From contig MU004234.1 in assembly GCA_010405405.1 (NCBI GenBank), positions 1,701,275-1,765,274 of the forward strand: DNA of 64,000 nucleotides, written 5' to 3'. Both the position numbers and the translations under genes were made by a program. The notes beneath the pieces were generated by a model. That model was not told the DNA's origin, did no database searches, and worked only from the letters and a program-made list of their open reading frames with translations. This DNA comes from Microthyrium microscopicum (taxonomy: Eukaryota). The number at the start of each line of letters is the position of its first letter. Position 1 is the first letter of the stretch. Shown one piece after another: positions 49,521-63,213 of the stretch.

Positions 49521-51283
49521 TTACTCTTCCAGAGTGATTTTCATCAATGTCTTGTTTCGCGATACCTGCAATAACTATTAGCTCAGCTCAAAAGAAAGGC
49601 AGGATCACAAAACTTACAGCTCCTCTCATCTTTTTACCAAAGATATACACGGGAATAGTCAAAGCAGAGAAAGCCAGATTCAAGACGGCGAGTGTGTAAA
49701 AGACCTTCTTTGCGCCAACTTGAGTGAACCAAGTTGGAACAAACTCGAGAACTAGGAAGCTGAAGAACGCTCTGAAAAGACTCGTCGCAACGAAAGCTTC
49801 TGTTGAGCTCTTTTGTAAAGTGTCGAAAATATACGTGAAGCTGGCGGCACTGGCAAATGGTGATGCTGCGTTGAAGAATAATCCTAGGCCAACGATCTTT
49901 GGAACAGACGCCTGCTCGGCATAGGCTGGACCGAGCAATACAAAGCCTAAAGTCGATAATACCACAGCCGGAATCATGGCCAGTAGACGGAACTCGGGCT
50001 CATAGATTCCGCCATTTCGTCGAGCTAGGAATTTGATCAACCAGTCGATCAAAAGGCCGGAAGCAACCGAGAAGATGAAGGAAACAGCGCTCCCTGGTAG
50101 ACCGATATATGCAAGCTGATCAGGTGGCAAGCTGTATGGCGGAAATGCCAATACTTGAGTGTGAATTGTTCCCACAACCGAAACCCACGCGCCAAAAGCG
50201 CCATGAACGATGGTGGCGAAGATGACTGAAGGGAACGCAAGAAGGGGAAATGGCTTGAAGAAAGCTTTGATAAAGCTAGTCTCCGAAAACCGGCCGTGCC
50301 ATACTTTCAACAGTTGTCGTCGAGTGGGTGGTGCTTCGGTAACAGCTGGGAGAGTGTCGGGTGTGGTTGACCGTGAAAGGGCGAGATCTTCCACCTGGAC
50401 CACATGCATCTTCTCTTTCTCCAGGTCAAACTCCACAGTGCCGGAGAGAGCCTTTGCTTTTTGTTTGGCATTGTATGAGGTTCGGTTGAACGTCGTCTCA
50501 TATACGAAGAAATAGATTGCAAGGGCAATTGGGATCCATACTCCAAAACTGATAATGAATGTGTACTTGAGGCCGAGCTTGTCAATGATATTGCCGGAGA
50601 TGATATGACTGTAGTCCTGTTAGTTTTGATTCATTTCATGTGACTGTAAGTTTCACTCACCTCGCGTCTGCTCCAACAACATTTACAATTGCAGAAAGTG
50701 CAACGAGCGTCCCGCGTTCGTGAACATAGATCATATCCGCAATCACTGGGGAGATGAGCAATTCCAAAGGAGAAGCAGCCAGACCACCGATTACAGAAAG
50801 TCCTTGATAGTATGCCAGGCTGTTCGCGAAGTATCCAGTCAGTGTCCAGACCAGAACGAGCCCGCTTGCCAGAACGAACTGTACTCGCTTGCCCCATATT
50901 GATGCCGCAGCGGAAGAGATGAATAGAGTTATTGTTCCAGTTATAAGCCCAGGTGGTCGTAAGATCTTGGTGACTGTTGGAAAGTCTGTGTGAAATTGAG
51001 TTGCGATAAGTCGAACACCAGTTCCCAGCATGCCTTGTATGCCAGATACTGCGATAGAGGAGACCAGAAGTACGAAAAACAGCCTGACTTTTCTTTTGTA
51101 GGTCCAGTTCAGAGGGTCGTTCAGCGAGTCTGTTGGTTGTGGTTGTAAAATTATATCTCCCTTTCTCTTCAAGTGGTCAAACTCTCCAATAAGTCCATCA
51201 TCTCGATTTGATGCTTTGGAATCCAAGGGAACAGTCCCTGGAGGTCGAGGCGTGAGCCTATCTTCCAAGATTCCGAAAGCCAT
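49521..51283 (-). CDS. MFS transporter (DHA1/HOL1-like); introns about 50609-50660 and 49566-49617
   Basis: ILQPQPTDSLNDPLNWT, IWGKR, IADMIYVHERG, ARRNGGIYEPEFRL and IPVYIFGKKMR. Multiple hydrophobic helices. Confidence 0.9.
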
Positions 51284-53595
51284 TGTGAGCCAGCACAATG
51301 AATCTATTCGTGATAGATATGGAGGTTGGTTCCGTATTGCAACTGCCAAGGACAGCTGAAGCAGAGAATCAACGGCACTTCAGAAACAGATTGGAAGTCT
51401 GCTTGCAGCGGTATGTATACCGGGAGAACTACAGACGTCAACTCATACTCCGTGGAAACATTGTGTGCTGCTTCATGCCAGCTATTGGATCAAAATCAAA
51501 TCTGGGGTGGGAATAAGATGGAATCATCGCTATTATTATGGCATAAAGGTACTGCCATGATGACCATATTTTCCACACAGGAAACTGAGACGAAATGCCA
51601 AGGTCGAGACATTCACCGTTCGTTGATTTGACAAGTATTTCAATTTGAGTGCGAAGGAAACGTTTTACTGGGTTAGTAGGACACGAAAGTTTAGTACGCG
51701 TGGTGAAGTAGTTACGGTCTAAGCGTAGCTTTGTTTTGTTATGCATGAGGAGGGTTTGGAAGATTTCAAACAACGTCATGCGGTGGTAAGTTCATGGAAG
51801 ATGTGTTGGATCAAGCTACTTTTATTTTGGAGAAAAGTATTATTTCGCGTCGAGAATTTGCAGCTTGAACCCACGATTACTTCATAGGCAATTGAGCAAT
51901 AAGTCATGATAATAATGAGTTACAATGATATATGATGTGGTGGATATTGGGAGAGAAGTTGTAACGATGTGTTTCGAAGATCAACTTTCACCCCTGTGCA
52001 AACTTTGAGGGCTATAACGACGACTTTCCCTTTTGAGTTTCTGTATGCTAGGTCGAGAACTTCATGGGACTTTTGCAGAATGCAGTGTACAATAATAGGG
52101 GTCGATGTTCATGTGATCTGAGCTGGTCTATTTTAGTACCGGAATGTCGATGTCTATGTCTGATAATCATGTAACACTCTGCAACACAGTATCAACTTCT
52201 AGGCTTGCTATTTTTATCGCTTAGCTGGCTTCGTAGGAGTCCCAGAACGTCTCGAGTACCAGTGTATGCGATATGTGATCGAGACTGTCACAAGCCGCCA
52301 GAGAAAGACTAATGAACATTAAAGAACTTCTTCCAGCGCCGCGGACTATTACCAGAATAGGTAAGTTGAAGTCCCAAAACACAATAAGAAACAGACCAGC
52401 TAGTAGATTCCTCAAGGGAAACTGAAACCGGATCTCTCCCCCGTCGAGACCATGAATAGGACGAGAAAATGGTAAGCCGAAGAATAGATTATGGCCTGCA
52501 TGACCACATTTTTAAGCTAGAGGGTCTTTTCAAAGTTCCCAAAGAAGTTCATTTTCAAAGTATAAACTGGTAAGACCATCTATCAACAAACGAACCGAAG
52601 GATAAGGAGACGAATGTTACGAAACTGGGCATAGCTTAGCCAAGTCAGTATGAATCCAGTCACTGCTACTGGTAAGTTCTCGGAAGATGTGAACGTCGAG
52701 ACAGAATGTGGGGGGCTTGGAGAAAATCAAGAACCATATAATATTCAGTTACAGTCGATGTAACCATCGAGAACCGAATCTGGCTCGTTGTCGAATTGCA
52801 TTTTGAGAATTGAGTGGCTGCGTGCTGGGAGACCTGACTGGCTCAAACAAGCGAATTCTTAATTAACTCGACATCTCATCAATAGATATAACGAGTCGTA
52901 AGCTCTATGCCCGATTTGAACCGCATTTCTGTGGTGAAAGTGCTACAATGCTTCAGTGACTGGGTACAGTTTTGAGGACAATGTCACGCAGGAGGCTAAA
53001 GCGCAATGTCTTCCCTTTTCCACCATGTACCCCATATAGATCTTACCGCTGGAGAGCATGTCTTGCCAGACCTTGGCATACTCTACGTATCCTTCATAAG
53101 CCTTTAAGCTCATTTGTTTGTCTGACGATTGCTTCGCTATCTCGTAGTTGATGGCGAAGTTCAGCTGAAATCACTCAACTCTGACGTGACCAGGCTGCGG
53201 ATCCGCCAGTAAGGAGCAAACAGTGGCTTTTTCGCGGGAAGATAGATGACTTGGCATTGCAATATCAAGATCTTTTGGTCAGCTGGACAAAGACTAGAAA
53301 AGTGACTCTCATTGCGGCTCAAAAAGGAAGGATGGTGGGGGTGGTCGCGGTGATGGAAGCGGGAGAAGATTCCATGGTGGGGAAAGAAAGCTTCCTCCTT
53401 GTCCATCAAACAATTTTCTCGCCCGCTTCCTTGCTCCAGTACTCTTACCTCACCATTCACCCAGTCGATACTTTGTTTTCTCTCAGATTTAATAAGCCGT
53501 AGCTTGCCGTGTCTATCCTCGGAATCCCTTTTGCTTGTATCTGAGCGCACTTTGCTCATCCTCTTCCCCTCCATCACATACAACTCATCAACACA

Positions 53596-54619
53596 ATGGA
53601 ACAAATCACACACCCCACAATCAAAGGTCTTTCTCCCAAGCATATACCCAATCACCAAGAAATAGCACTAACATACTCTTCAGATGGCTGGTTCCGCGAA
53701 ATCAGCGACATGTGGCCCGGCCAAGCCATGACCCTTAAAGTCAACAACGTCCTCCACCACGAAAAATCCCAATATCAAGATGTCCTCCTCTTCGAATCCA
53801 CCGACTACGGCACCGTCCTCGTCCTCGACAACGTCATCCAATGCACCGAGCGCGACGAATTCGCCTACCAAGAAATGATCACCCACCTCGCCATGAACTC
53901 CCACCCTGACCCCAAAAACGTCCTTGTCATTGGCGGCGGTGATGGCGGCGTACTACGTGAAATCGTCAAGCATGAGATTGACGAGGCCATCCTCTGCGAT
54001 ATCGACGAGGCAGTGATTCGGCTCAGCAAGAAATATCTGCGCGGCATGGCAGTGGGCTTCGAACACCCAAATGTGACGGTACACGTAGCAGACGGCTTTG
54101 AGTTTCTCAAAAACCACACCAACGCATTCGACGTGATCATCACCGACAGCAGTGACCCCGAAGGACCAGCAGAGAGTTTATTCCAAAAGCCATATTTCGA
54201 GCTTCTATACGCTGCGTTGCGGGAGGGTGGTGTGATAACCACGCAAGGTTGTAAGCCCCCCTGCGCCCCTTTCTGCGAAATTCTCCCCTCTCCCAGACCG
54301 ATTGTCCTAACTTCGTCTTGTAATTACAGCCGAAAACCAGTGGCTGCATCTAGACTTGATCAAGAACCTCAAGAAATCCTGCCGCGAAGTCTTCCCCGTC
54401 GCTGAGTACGCCTACACCACCATCCCGACTTACCCTAGTGGACAAATCGGCTTCATGGTCTGCTGCAAGGACGCAAGCCGCGATGTGCGTAAGCCGGTAC
54501 GCAAGTGGAGTGTGGAGGAGGAGGAGCGGCTTTGCAAGTACTACAGCGCAGATATTCACGAGGCGTCGTTTGTGCTGCCTACGTTTGCGCGTAAGGCGCT
54601 GCGTGAGGCTAGCTCATGA
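53596..54619 (+). CDS. SPE3: Spermidine synthase (introns 53627-53683 and 54248/54251-54329)
   Basis: [70 protein letters not shown] and [11 protein letters not shown]. Confidence 0.96.
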
Positions 54620-55375
54620 TTGGATGGAAGTCAGAGAGACACGTTTGAAAGAGAGGCTATTGATACCAGTGTAAGGGGGGAATGAATGTTAAAATAGGCG
54701 TAATCATGTAATAAATCGACAGGCATGAGCTGCCTGGCTGCATAGATATACGAAAAAACCGGGCATGGTGCGTAGCGAGCGGGTTGGTCAGAAAAATCCA
54801 GATTTACAGCTTCACGAATATACTTAGCATTCGATCATCAGTGTTCCGCCATCTCGTCCTTGGAACCCGAGTATCACCGGAAAAGAGAAAGCAGATGTTT
54901 GGAATAGTAGATTCACACGCCTCTCAATTCTCTTCTTTACTTTGGTGTCAACAAACAGCCACTCCTAACTTCGCGCATTCAAACAACCACCGACGAACAA
55001 GCGCCTTTTACAGGAATTGATCCCAAAGATCTATGCACAATAAAAAGCAAAAACAAATATGTTGATTCCAATGCCCATGATGATTTATTCCCATTCACTT
55101 TTTGATTTTTGCCCAAGTCGCCGTCCGTGTGATGAATAGCCTGCGCCAGATGAAGCCGAACCATGGACAAGACCGTGAAATGATACCTAGCTAAATGCAA
55201 GAGTCTCGAATTATGAAGAATAAGAGTATGATGACAAGGGACGAAGAAGATAAGAATATGTTGATGGTTACTTTGTGGATGTAAGACGTGGTCTGGTTAA
55301 TTTTTCAAGGCCGAGGCTTGTTCTTTTGTGAGTGGTGGGAGTGATGGTGCTTCCTTGAGTATGCTTTGAGAGAGA

Positions 55376-57702
55376 TCATGGGTTGATGACAGGCAAGAAC
55401 TACGTCGTGTAAGCAAAGATCTAAAGCGACTTGCGACAGTAGGAGTACTTACGTTCATAACAATCAGCTGCGGGACCTCGAAATTATCTCGTCTCACATT
55501 CCAGCAGTACATGCAATCAACCACTCCTTCCTTCTCGCCCAAGCGGACGAAATCTCCTTCACCAGCAATACTGCTATTTGCTATAGAAGATGCGTCACTA
55601 GGTTCCGGCTTGACTGACCCTCCATCATGTTTGGAGGGCTTGCCATCTGCTGCAGCTTCTGCGGCGTCCAAGTCTGCTTGAGTCTTGTACTTGAGAAGTT
55701 TGCCTCGCCTGAGTGCCATTCCCATGGCATCGCCAAAGGCTAGCTTGGCGAAGTCCTCGTAGAATTCTACAACAGATTCCTGAGCCATGATTTCTGCGAT
55801 GAAGACGTTCTTAGGGAGCCCGGGGGCGCTGTTCGTATGTTGGCTTGTTGAGCCTTGATTCATGTTGCCATTGCCATTGGAGTCCGGTTCCGCGCTGGGT
55901 CGCCGAGTACCTCGGGCACTATTGCTTCCTGTCGTTGATGCTCCTGTCGATGATGTGCCTACGTGGTTGGCATTGAGATTTGGCTTCTTGCCTAGGAGCA
56001 CATCTTTACTCCAGCCAGTGAGGATGACAAACTCTTGACTGACTGCGACAATTGCGCCGTCGCGACGCGTAATCACCGTGGGAGTGCCGTACGCTTTGAT
56101 GAAATCATCATATGCAAACAGTTTTCGCTGAACCCCTATTTCCATGAAAATGAGGTCTTTTTCTGTGAGTTGCTGGGCGAAAGTGATTAGTGCTGGTCTG
56201 ATTGCTGCAAGCGCCTGAGCAATTCTTTCTGTATGGTTTTTGTTGAAGTGAGTTTTGATGTAGTTCAACAAACGATGGAATCCTGCAGTGTACGGATACG
56301 GATGCTTGACCTGATCGTATATATAATCGCCATCGTGGGCTCTCTTCCGCGCAGGATTTAGTGTGGTTCCGTGAGAGTGGCTATGTAACTCCGCGGATTG
56401 ATTGTGTGGATGCTGAACAGGATGATGTAAAATCGATTGGCGAGCATAGGAGGAAGAAGCAGATTGTCCAGTCGATGGAGTAAATAGTGAAGGAGAGCCC
56501 GTACTTTCACCAGGTGTATCCTGTGATAAAGACACAGGGCTTGCGCTTGCAAGACTATTCGGGCGAGCTCCAATGGCGTATGCAGATGGACCATTGGAAG
56601 CCTCTACACGATCTGCACTCTGCATTATCGGTGTGTTGTGTGGAGTTTCTAGAGGTCCATTCGAGGAAGGCGCTGGATGCCGTTGCGAATTCCAATCCAT
56701 CTTCATCATCGCCTCTTGTCCGAACAGCAAGGATTGTTGTTCAGCAGTCGGTGTAGGATACGACGGGTGTGGGATTTGTTGACCAACGGGTGTCATTATG
56801 TCAGGCTGACTACTCTGAAGCTCGTTTGCGCCAGAGGCCATATGGCCAATCATGCTGAACTCCAGCGCACCATATGAATTACCGAAATTCAGGTTGGATA
56901 TGTCGAAGTTGAAGAAAGCTGGGTCACTCGGGTCAAAGGGATACGATTGAATGGGTGGTGTATGCTGCACGTGCGGCTGTGGGGTTTGAATTTGCGGTTG
57001 TTGCTGCGGTGTGGAGTGGGGATGAGGGTATTGCGGTGATATTGGAGTATGCGGGCCATACGATGCGCCGGCCGAGCTGGGAGCCATTTGCTGATGCATA
57101 TGGGACTGGCTAGTTGGTTGTCCGTACATATCGACGCTTATCTGAGGCGCCTCTTGATAGTATATGGGTTGCATAGCTGCAGAAGATTGCATCAATGAAT
57201 TGTTTGGTTGTGAAGAAGAAGTCTGGGTACCGTGGAGATTATAGGTTCCGCCCATTTGAGGAGGAATCAACGCTTCAGCTGGAGCATCGTGTAGATACTT
57301 TGCTTTCTTGCGTATACCATCCTGACATGCATCCTGTAGGCCACGCTTAATGCACCGTTGACATGGTCGCTCATCACCTAGCTTGAAGTTAGCATAAGGC
57401 TGAGACAAAAAGCAAATATAGCCAAAAAGCAAAAAGTGAGACATTTTCGACAACTTACCACAAGTCAAATGTGCCCTTTGGCACGCAAAGCATGCTCTTC
57501 TTGCCTTTTTTCGTCTAGGCCTTGAAGGGTCTTTGGCATTTGATTTTGTTTGGCCATTGGGGGTGTCAGACGAAGCATTGCTTTCCGTCTTTCGGGCGGA
57601 GTCTTTGAGGATAGACTCGGCCATGTCTTCATCGCCAGCTTCCGCTTCCTGGTCGACGATTTCTGGCTCGGGAGAAGCTCCATCTTCGGCGTCTGAGGTC
57701 AT
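55376..57702 (-). CDS. acuK: Zn(II)2Cys6 transcription activator of gluconeogenesis, AcuK/Ert1 family (introns 57378-57458 and about 55400-55452)
   Basis: RPRRKKARRACFACQRAHLTCG|DERPCQRCIKRGLQDACQDGIRKKAKYL, PYPYTAGFHRL, PAS-like GTPTVITRRDG, SVVEFYEDF and CMYCWNVRRD...VMN|FLP. Confidence 0.9.
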
Positions 57703-59990
57703 AATAATACCTTCCCGGGTTTGCAGCCGGGGGCAATACCTATGCCCCCTCAACGAGCCAAGTAGCGCACAGTCGTAGTGTTCTCAAGTGGAGGTCCAAG
57801 TTTCGGTGCGACTCTGGTGATGGGATCGCCCGCCGCCTGGGCCTTGGAGAGTGCAGTTTGCCTTGTCCTTGCGTCGCAATGACCACGTTTTCCTTGTTGC
57901 CCAGTTGCAGAAACGAGGTACAGCTTCAGCGCTATTTTCCTCTGGCGCACAGTCCTTTTGTTTCCTGTAGGCAGCCGGTGCAGGATATGGGACGACCCGT
58001 CGTTGTGGACTTGTGCGATCTGAGGTACTTGAATATAACGGGTCCAAGGGAGAATAGGGCCCGCAGCCAAGTAACGAGACGAATCCCAAGAGATTGTACA
58101 GCGGTTCTATTGGAGCTCGTTTGTTCTAGAGAATTGAAGGCCAAAGGACGAGATTGTAGCAGGAGTGGGAATTTGACAGATGCTGGTCCTTGACAGTGGC
58201 ACGACAGATCTAGGGTGGTATATATCGCCAAAGCTCAGGTGGAGGTTTTGGTGGCGCGACAAATCGAAGGACAAGTTGACTAGAGCTGAGACCCATGCGA
58301 CAAGTTGGTTGAAGCAGTGCAACAGTCAATTTTGGTTGTGATTAGGCAGGCAGCCGACTATTTGGTGTACATGGAACCGGAGGGGTTTCGCGAAGTGGGA
58401 GTAGTGCCAGTGTATGGGAACTGGGGGAATTGGGAAGGTATCGTGAGAGGTGTTGGCGCAATTGGAGGAGAGGGTGGAAAATGGTAGAGTGGAGATTGTT
58501 TGAAAAGTATCGTCAAGTCGTGTCGGTCGTTCTGGTCGTGAATTGGTGGTGGTTGGAGAGATTGTGGTGGTTAGGTGGTGGATAGTGGGCTAGAATCGGC
58601 AAAGAGTGGAGTAGCAGCAAAAACAGCTCGGGTCGTGGTTTCCTTGTTCTGAAGTTTTGGCTAGCACACTGCACTTGCTTGGAAGAGCAGCCGCGGACGA
58701 GGGGCGGTGGTTCCTTCCTTCTCAATGCACACGCGGTGGACCGGATCCTCTTTCCTTCTTTTCTCTACAACTACAACTCCAACATCTTAATACTACGACA
58801 ATGGTGATAGAAGAAGAGTTTGGCAATTGGGTTGGAATGTACATTGCCTCAATCCAATCTCAACCTCACTCAGGCCTGTGAAAATCCCACACCGCATCCA
58901 CTGGTTTCTGACCACGAGTACCCTCTCTCTGCTAGACGCGCAAACTCTGGGGAAATTATCCGCTGGCAGATCTCCTCGGTAAGAAGCAACTAACAGTACT
59001 TCCCCATACACAGGTGACAGTAGTTCGCTGTCAAATCCCAAGAACAAAGCCTCGTATGCTCGCGATGCTGCTCCCCACATCCTGCATCCTCGCAATTCAT
59101 CAACTGGCAGTTTGCAACTCTGCGAACTCGGCAGGCGGGGAACTATCCATTCAATCTCAACACACATAGTTCATCAATCCTAGCATTATTACTGATCTAC
59201 CCTGAAGTTTCTTGAGCTATGATCTCGCAAAAGTCTCTTCATCCTCGGTCTGTCCATTGGCTCTGAAGCTTCATTGCCGACGCTGGTCCGTCCATTGCCC
59301 TATCCCATCTCGGCAACTCTATCCTGCCCATCCTCTATCAAAAATGCACCATGTCTCGTGCCAAAAAACCCATCTTCATCACTCGCGCATCAATATTGAA
59401 GAGCGTACGGTGCCTTGCATCTCACATTCCACTGCCTAGGCATGCTATCCGTAATTGTCCGAAATCCGACTCCTCCCGACCATCCAATCCTCCATGGTTT
59501 GTCTCCAAGTTGTCTGAATGCAAAGACCAGGACAAGGTCCCTATGCAATTCAACGCCCTGTACCACCTTCGCCCTTTTGGACTGCCAGTCCATTGGATCG
59601 CAGACCGTTTGGTACAAAGCCATTGTTATTACCCCTGGCTAAACGTTGGGCCATGCGCCTGGCGTGCCATTTGCTCGTGGTTCACGTGGCGTGGTCGCCC
59701 TTACACCAACACTCGAGGCGTGCAACCACCTTTCCGTTGATCAGCCATGTAGCTTTCCACTTTGGTGGGTATTTCGTTATATGGTAGATTAGATGTATCT
59801 CTCCATCTATAACCGGCTGTTTATCTATAGAGGACTGTTACTGATTACTTGTCCCCATGATCCTGGTCTATGAGAACGCCTCCATATGTTGGTATTACCT
59901 CCGACCGAATCTAAATGGTTTATACATGCTGTTGTATCACTAGACTACGTATCGAAAATAGAACTTCTATCAACATTCTACACTCTCCTA

Positions 59991-62900
59991 CCGTAGAAAA
60001 ACAGTGAATTGAGCAGAGTGTCCTCTAATCGAGCCCTGCAGATTCTGGAGGGCGTTCGAAGGGGCGTTAAAAATATAGCGCTAGTAAGGTAGGTAGTATC
60101 TATTTTTTATGCCCTAATTGACGCTAAGTATTATTGCTAAGTAAGCTATTTTTATATTTTTAAAGCTAATCTAAATTAATTTAAGCAGAATATTATTATT
60201 TAGATAGTAGAGGTTAATTTTATAATAAGGCTAAAGCTATAGAAGAACGTTCTAGTATAGATTTTATAGTAGAATTCTATATTGTTCTTTATACTAATTA
60301 ATATCCTTAAAATACTATTATCTTAACTTCTACTTAATTAAATTATAAGAATTTAACTAATACTATATTAAAGGTACTAAAGGAACTACGCTAAAAACGT
60401 TAGTCTTTTGCTATACTAAATCTAAATATTATAGGGTTAAACTTTAATAGACCTTTTAGGGCTAAATTATATACTATAAAGTATAAATCGTTTAAGAAGA
60501 GGGCATAGCGTACTAAAAAGGCTAAAATAAAGTTATAGAAGTATTCTTCTATTAAGTATTAAATTAAGGTTATAGGGTAAATAGTTTAGTAGCGTATAGT
60601 TCTTAATTAGGGTAAATAATAATATTATCTACCTAAAGGAATAAAGTAGAATAAATATATAGAGACATATTATTAATAGCGACCTATATTAGTAACTAAA
60701 GCTGCTAAATTCTTTACTAAGACTTATTTAATAGTATTAAGATAATAGAATTAGCGCGTAGTATTATAGGTTATATAATATTAAGACTATAGAATTATAG
60801 ACCCTTAAATACGTCCTAAATACTATCTAAAGCTTAAAGATGCTCTTTATATTTAGTATTATAAGCAATAAGAAGAGAAGAAGTCTATTAATATATAGTA
60901 ATTACTTTAGTATACTAATAACGTTTAGTAGTATATTTATATAGCTAAGATTGCTTCTAAAGTATTTTTAGAATACTATAAATTAATAAAGGGCTAGCTT
61001 TAAAGATTCTTAGAACGCTAGAAGATTAGTTAAAGGAAGGCTACTCGCGTTACTTAATAATTATCTATTTTATAAGTTAACTAGTATTAGGACTTTATTA
61101 CTTATATAAAGCTTACTACCTATAGAGCTATTAGACCTATTAGTAGTAAAAGAAGGAATATTAATACTATCTTAGATAAGAAACTAGATATAATAATATA
61201 GCCCTATTAAATAGTTAATATAGATAAGATACTAATGCCTTTTTGTAACTTTAGTAATTATACTTTAGTAAATATAGGCTCTAAGACTATTACTATTTAT
61301 ACTTATAAAGATAGAGATAAGAAGCGTTAAATAATAATAGTTCTAGCTATTACTACTAATGGCGTTCTTTAAATTCTATTACTAATTATATTCTATAGAA
61401 CTAAGAATAAGAAGAAGGGTTATATCTTTAAGACAAAGGGCCTATATTATTATAATAGCATTTATATAAAGTATAATAAGATAGTATAGAATAATAATAA
61501 GTTAATATAGTAGTAGTTAAAAGAGGTTTATTTAAAAGGAATAGATATAGCATTAGAGGAGTATTCTAGTAGTCTTAGTAATCCTAATGACTCTAAAGAT
61601 ATTCTATAGCCTTCTATCTTAGGTAATTCTTCTCTTATACCTTCCTAAAGTAGAAATATTTTAGCACTAATTATGAGATCTAGAGCTTAATTTAATGACC
61701 TCTCTTCTAAATTCTATTTTTATCCCTTTAACCTTAATATTTTTAACATTTTCTACTTCTTTAATATTTTTAACATCTAACCCTTCTATTTTAATTATAA
61801 ACGTATTCTTTACTTATAAGACTATAGCTATTAAGGCGCTCTATATAGAAAATAATATTACTATTACTATTGTTCCCTCTAGTTATATATCTAAAATCTA
61901 ATTACTTAACGTTAGCGTAAATAAGCTCTTTAAATAAATAGTTAAGAAATTATAAGACATCTAAGCTCTTACCTTCTTTAAATAGGACTACTTTAAGAAC
62001 TTTCCTAGTATTAAATCTATAAATCCTCTTTACTAGATAACTACTTAATACTACGTATTTATAATACATATTATAGAATAGGCCTAAATATAAATACATA
62101 CTTATAATTCTAAAGTTATTAGGCGCTTCTTTACCGCTATAAGATTAAATAATTAGTTAAGTACTACTATTAGTAAGGAATCTTATAATATTAGCATTAA
62201 AGATTTAATAAAACTACTAGATCTTTTAAATTAGTGCGTAATAAAGCTAGAAATAGTTAAAGCTACTACTACTAAAGAAGATAAATAGTAAGAGAAGGTT
62301 AATAATCCTAAGGTATATATACCTAATATTAAGGATAAAGATAGTATAAAATATTATAATAAAGATAAGATTAATATAATTAAAGTTAATACTAAAAATA
62401 CTAAAGACACTAGAGATATTAAAGATATTAAAAATAACGCTACTAATATTAATTTAGATAAAGATAAGGATAATAGATTTATAACGTCCTTTATAGCAAT
62501 AATAAATACTCTACTACAAAATTTGTCTATACTTATCTTACTAGAAATATCTCTACTATTTATTATACCTTAGCCTATTTTTTTAATTCTATAACCTCTT
62601 TACCTCTAGAATTAGTATCTAATACTACTATCTAATGCCTTCCCCTAAATTAGATCCTATAGTAAACTTAAAGAGTTAAATCTTACCTATTTTATATAGT
62701 AGGATGCTCTTAGGTTACTAGAATAAATACTTAAAGACTAGTATTAATAGCTTCCTAAATTAGCCTATAATCCTACTTTAGAACCTACCTAAAATATTAA
62801 GATAGGATATCTAATAGTAATATTCTATTAGTAATAGGACTTATAATATTAGTCATTTAGTATTAAATTAGGCAATATTCTTAACCTATAGTAAATCTAG

Positions 62901-63213
62901 TAGAGTTAGGAAAATTATTAGTAATAACTAGGCAATATTAGTATTAAAAAGAGCGCTTTAATTTATATACCTATATATAATTCTATATTGTCTAGTTCTT
63001 AATATCTTAAGCTTTAAATTTACCTATTTTAGTATTGGAATTCCTTAGTCAAGATGAGGTAAAGTTAAATAGCATTATAGGGTTCGTCGTTACAAAAATA
63101 GATTAGTAGTAAATTACTACTAGGGGCATTTCTATAGCAACTGCCCTAAAAACGCCATCGAACGCCCTCCTCCTACAGCTAGAGACTTTGCTCAATTCAC
63201 TGTTTTTCTACGG
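59991..63213 (+). mobile_element. RIP-degenerated pogo-like (Tc1/mariner superfamily, DDE_1) DNA transposon, 3223 bp, TA target-site duplication
   Basis: TIRs CCGTAGAAAAACAGTGAATTGAGCA (59991-60015 / 63189-63213) flanked by TA. The interior is extremely AT-rich, TpA-rich and CpA/TpG-poor. Transposase relics: IVNIDKILMPF (about 61211, compare xNMDETP) and IVPSSYISKI*LLNVSVNKLFK (about 61870-61935, compare IPxGCTSxxQPLDVxVNKPFK). Confidence 0.92.

Noticed and set aside
41272..51283. Enoyl-reductase-like gene plus MFS transporter as a secondary-metabolite cluster
   Set aside because: No PKS, NRPS or terpene backbone gene in the window, and the intervening genes are unrelated.
61695..61901. 68-aa hydrophobic ORF that looks like a membrane peptide
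   Set aside because: It is a RIP-mutated fragment of the transposase; the Ile/Leu/Asn bias comes from AT enrichment.
59991..63213. AT-rich block as a mitochondrial insertion or centromere
   Set aside because: It is bounded exactly by TIRs with TA duplication and contains DDE transposase relics.
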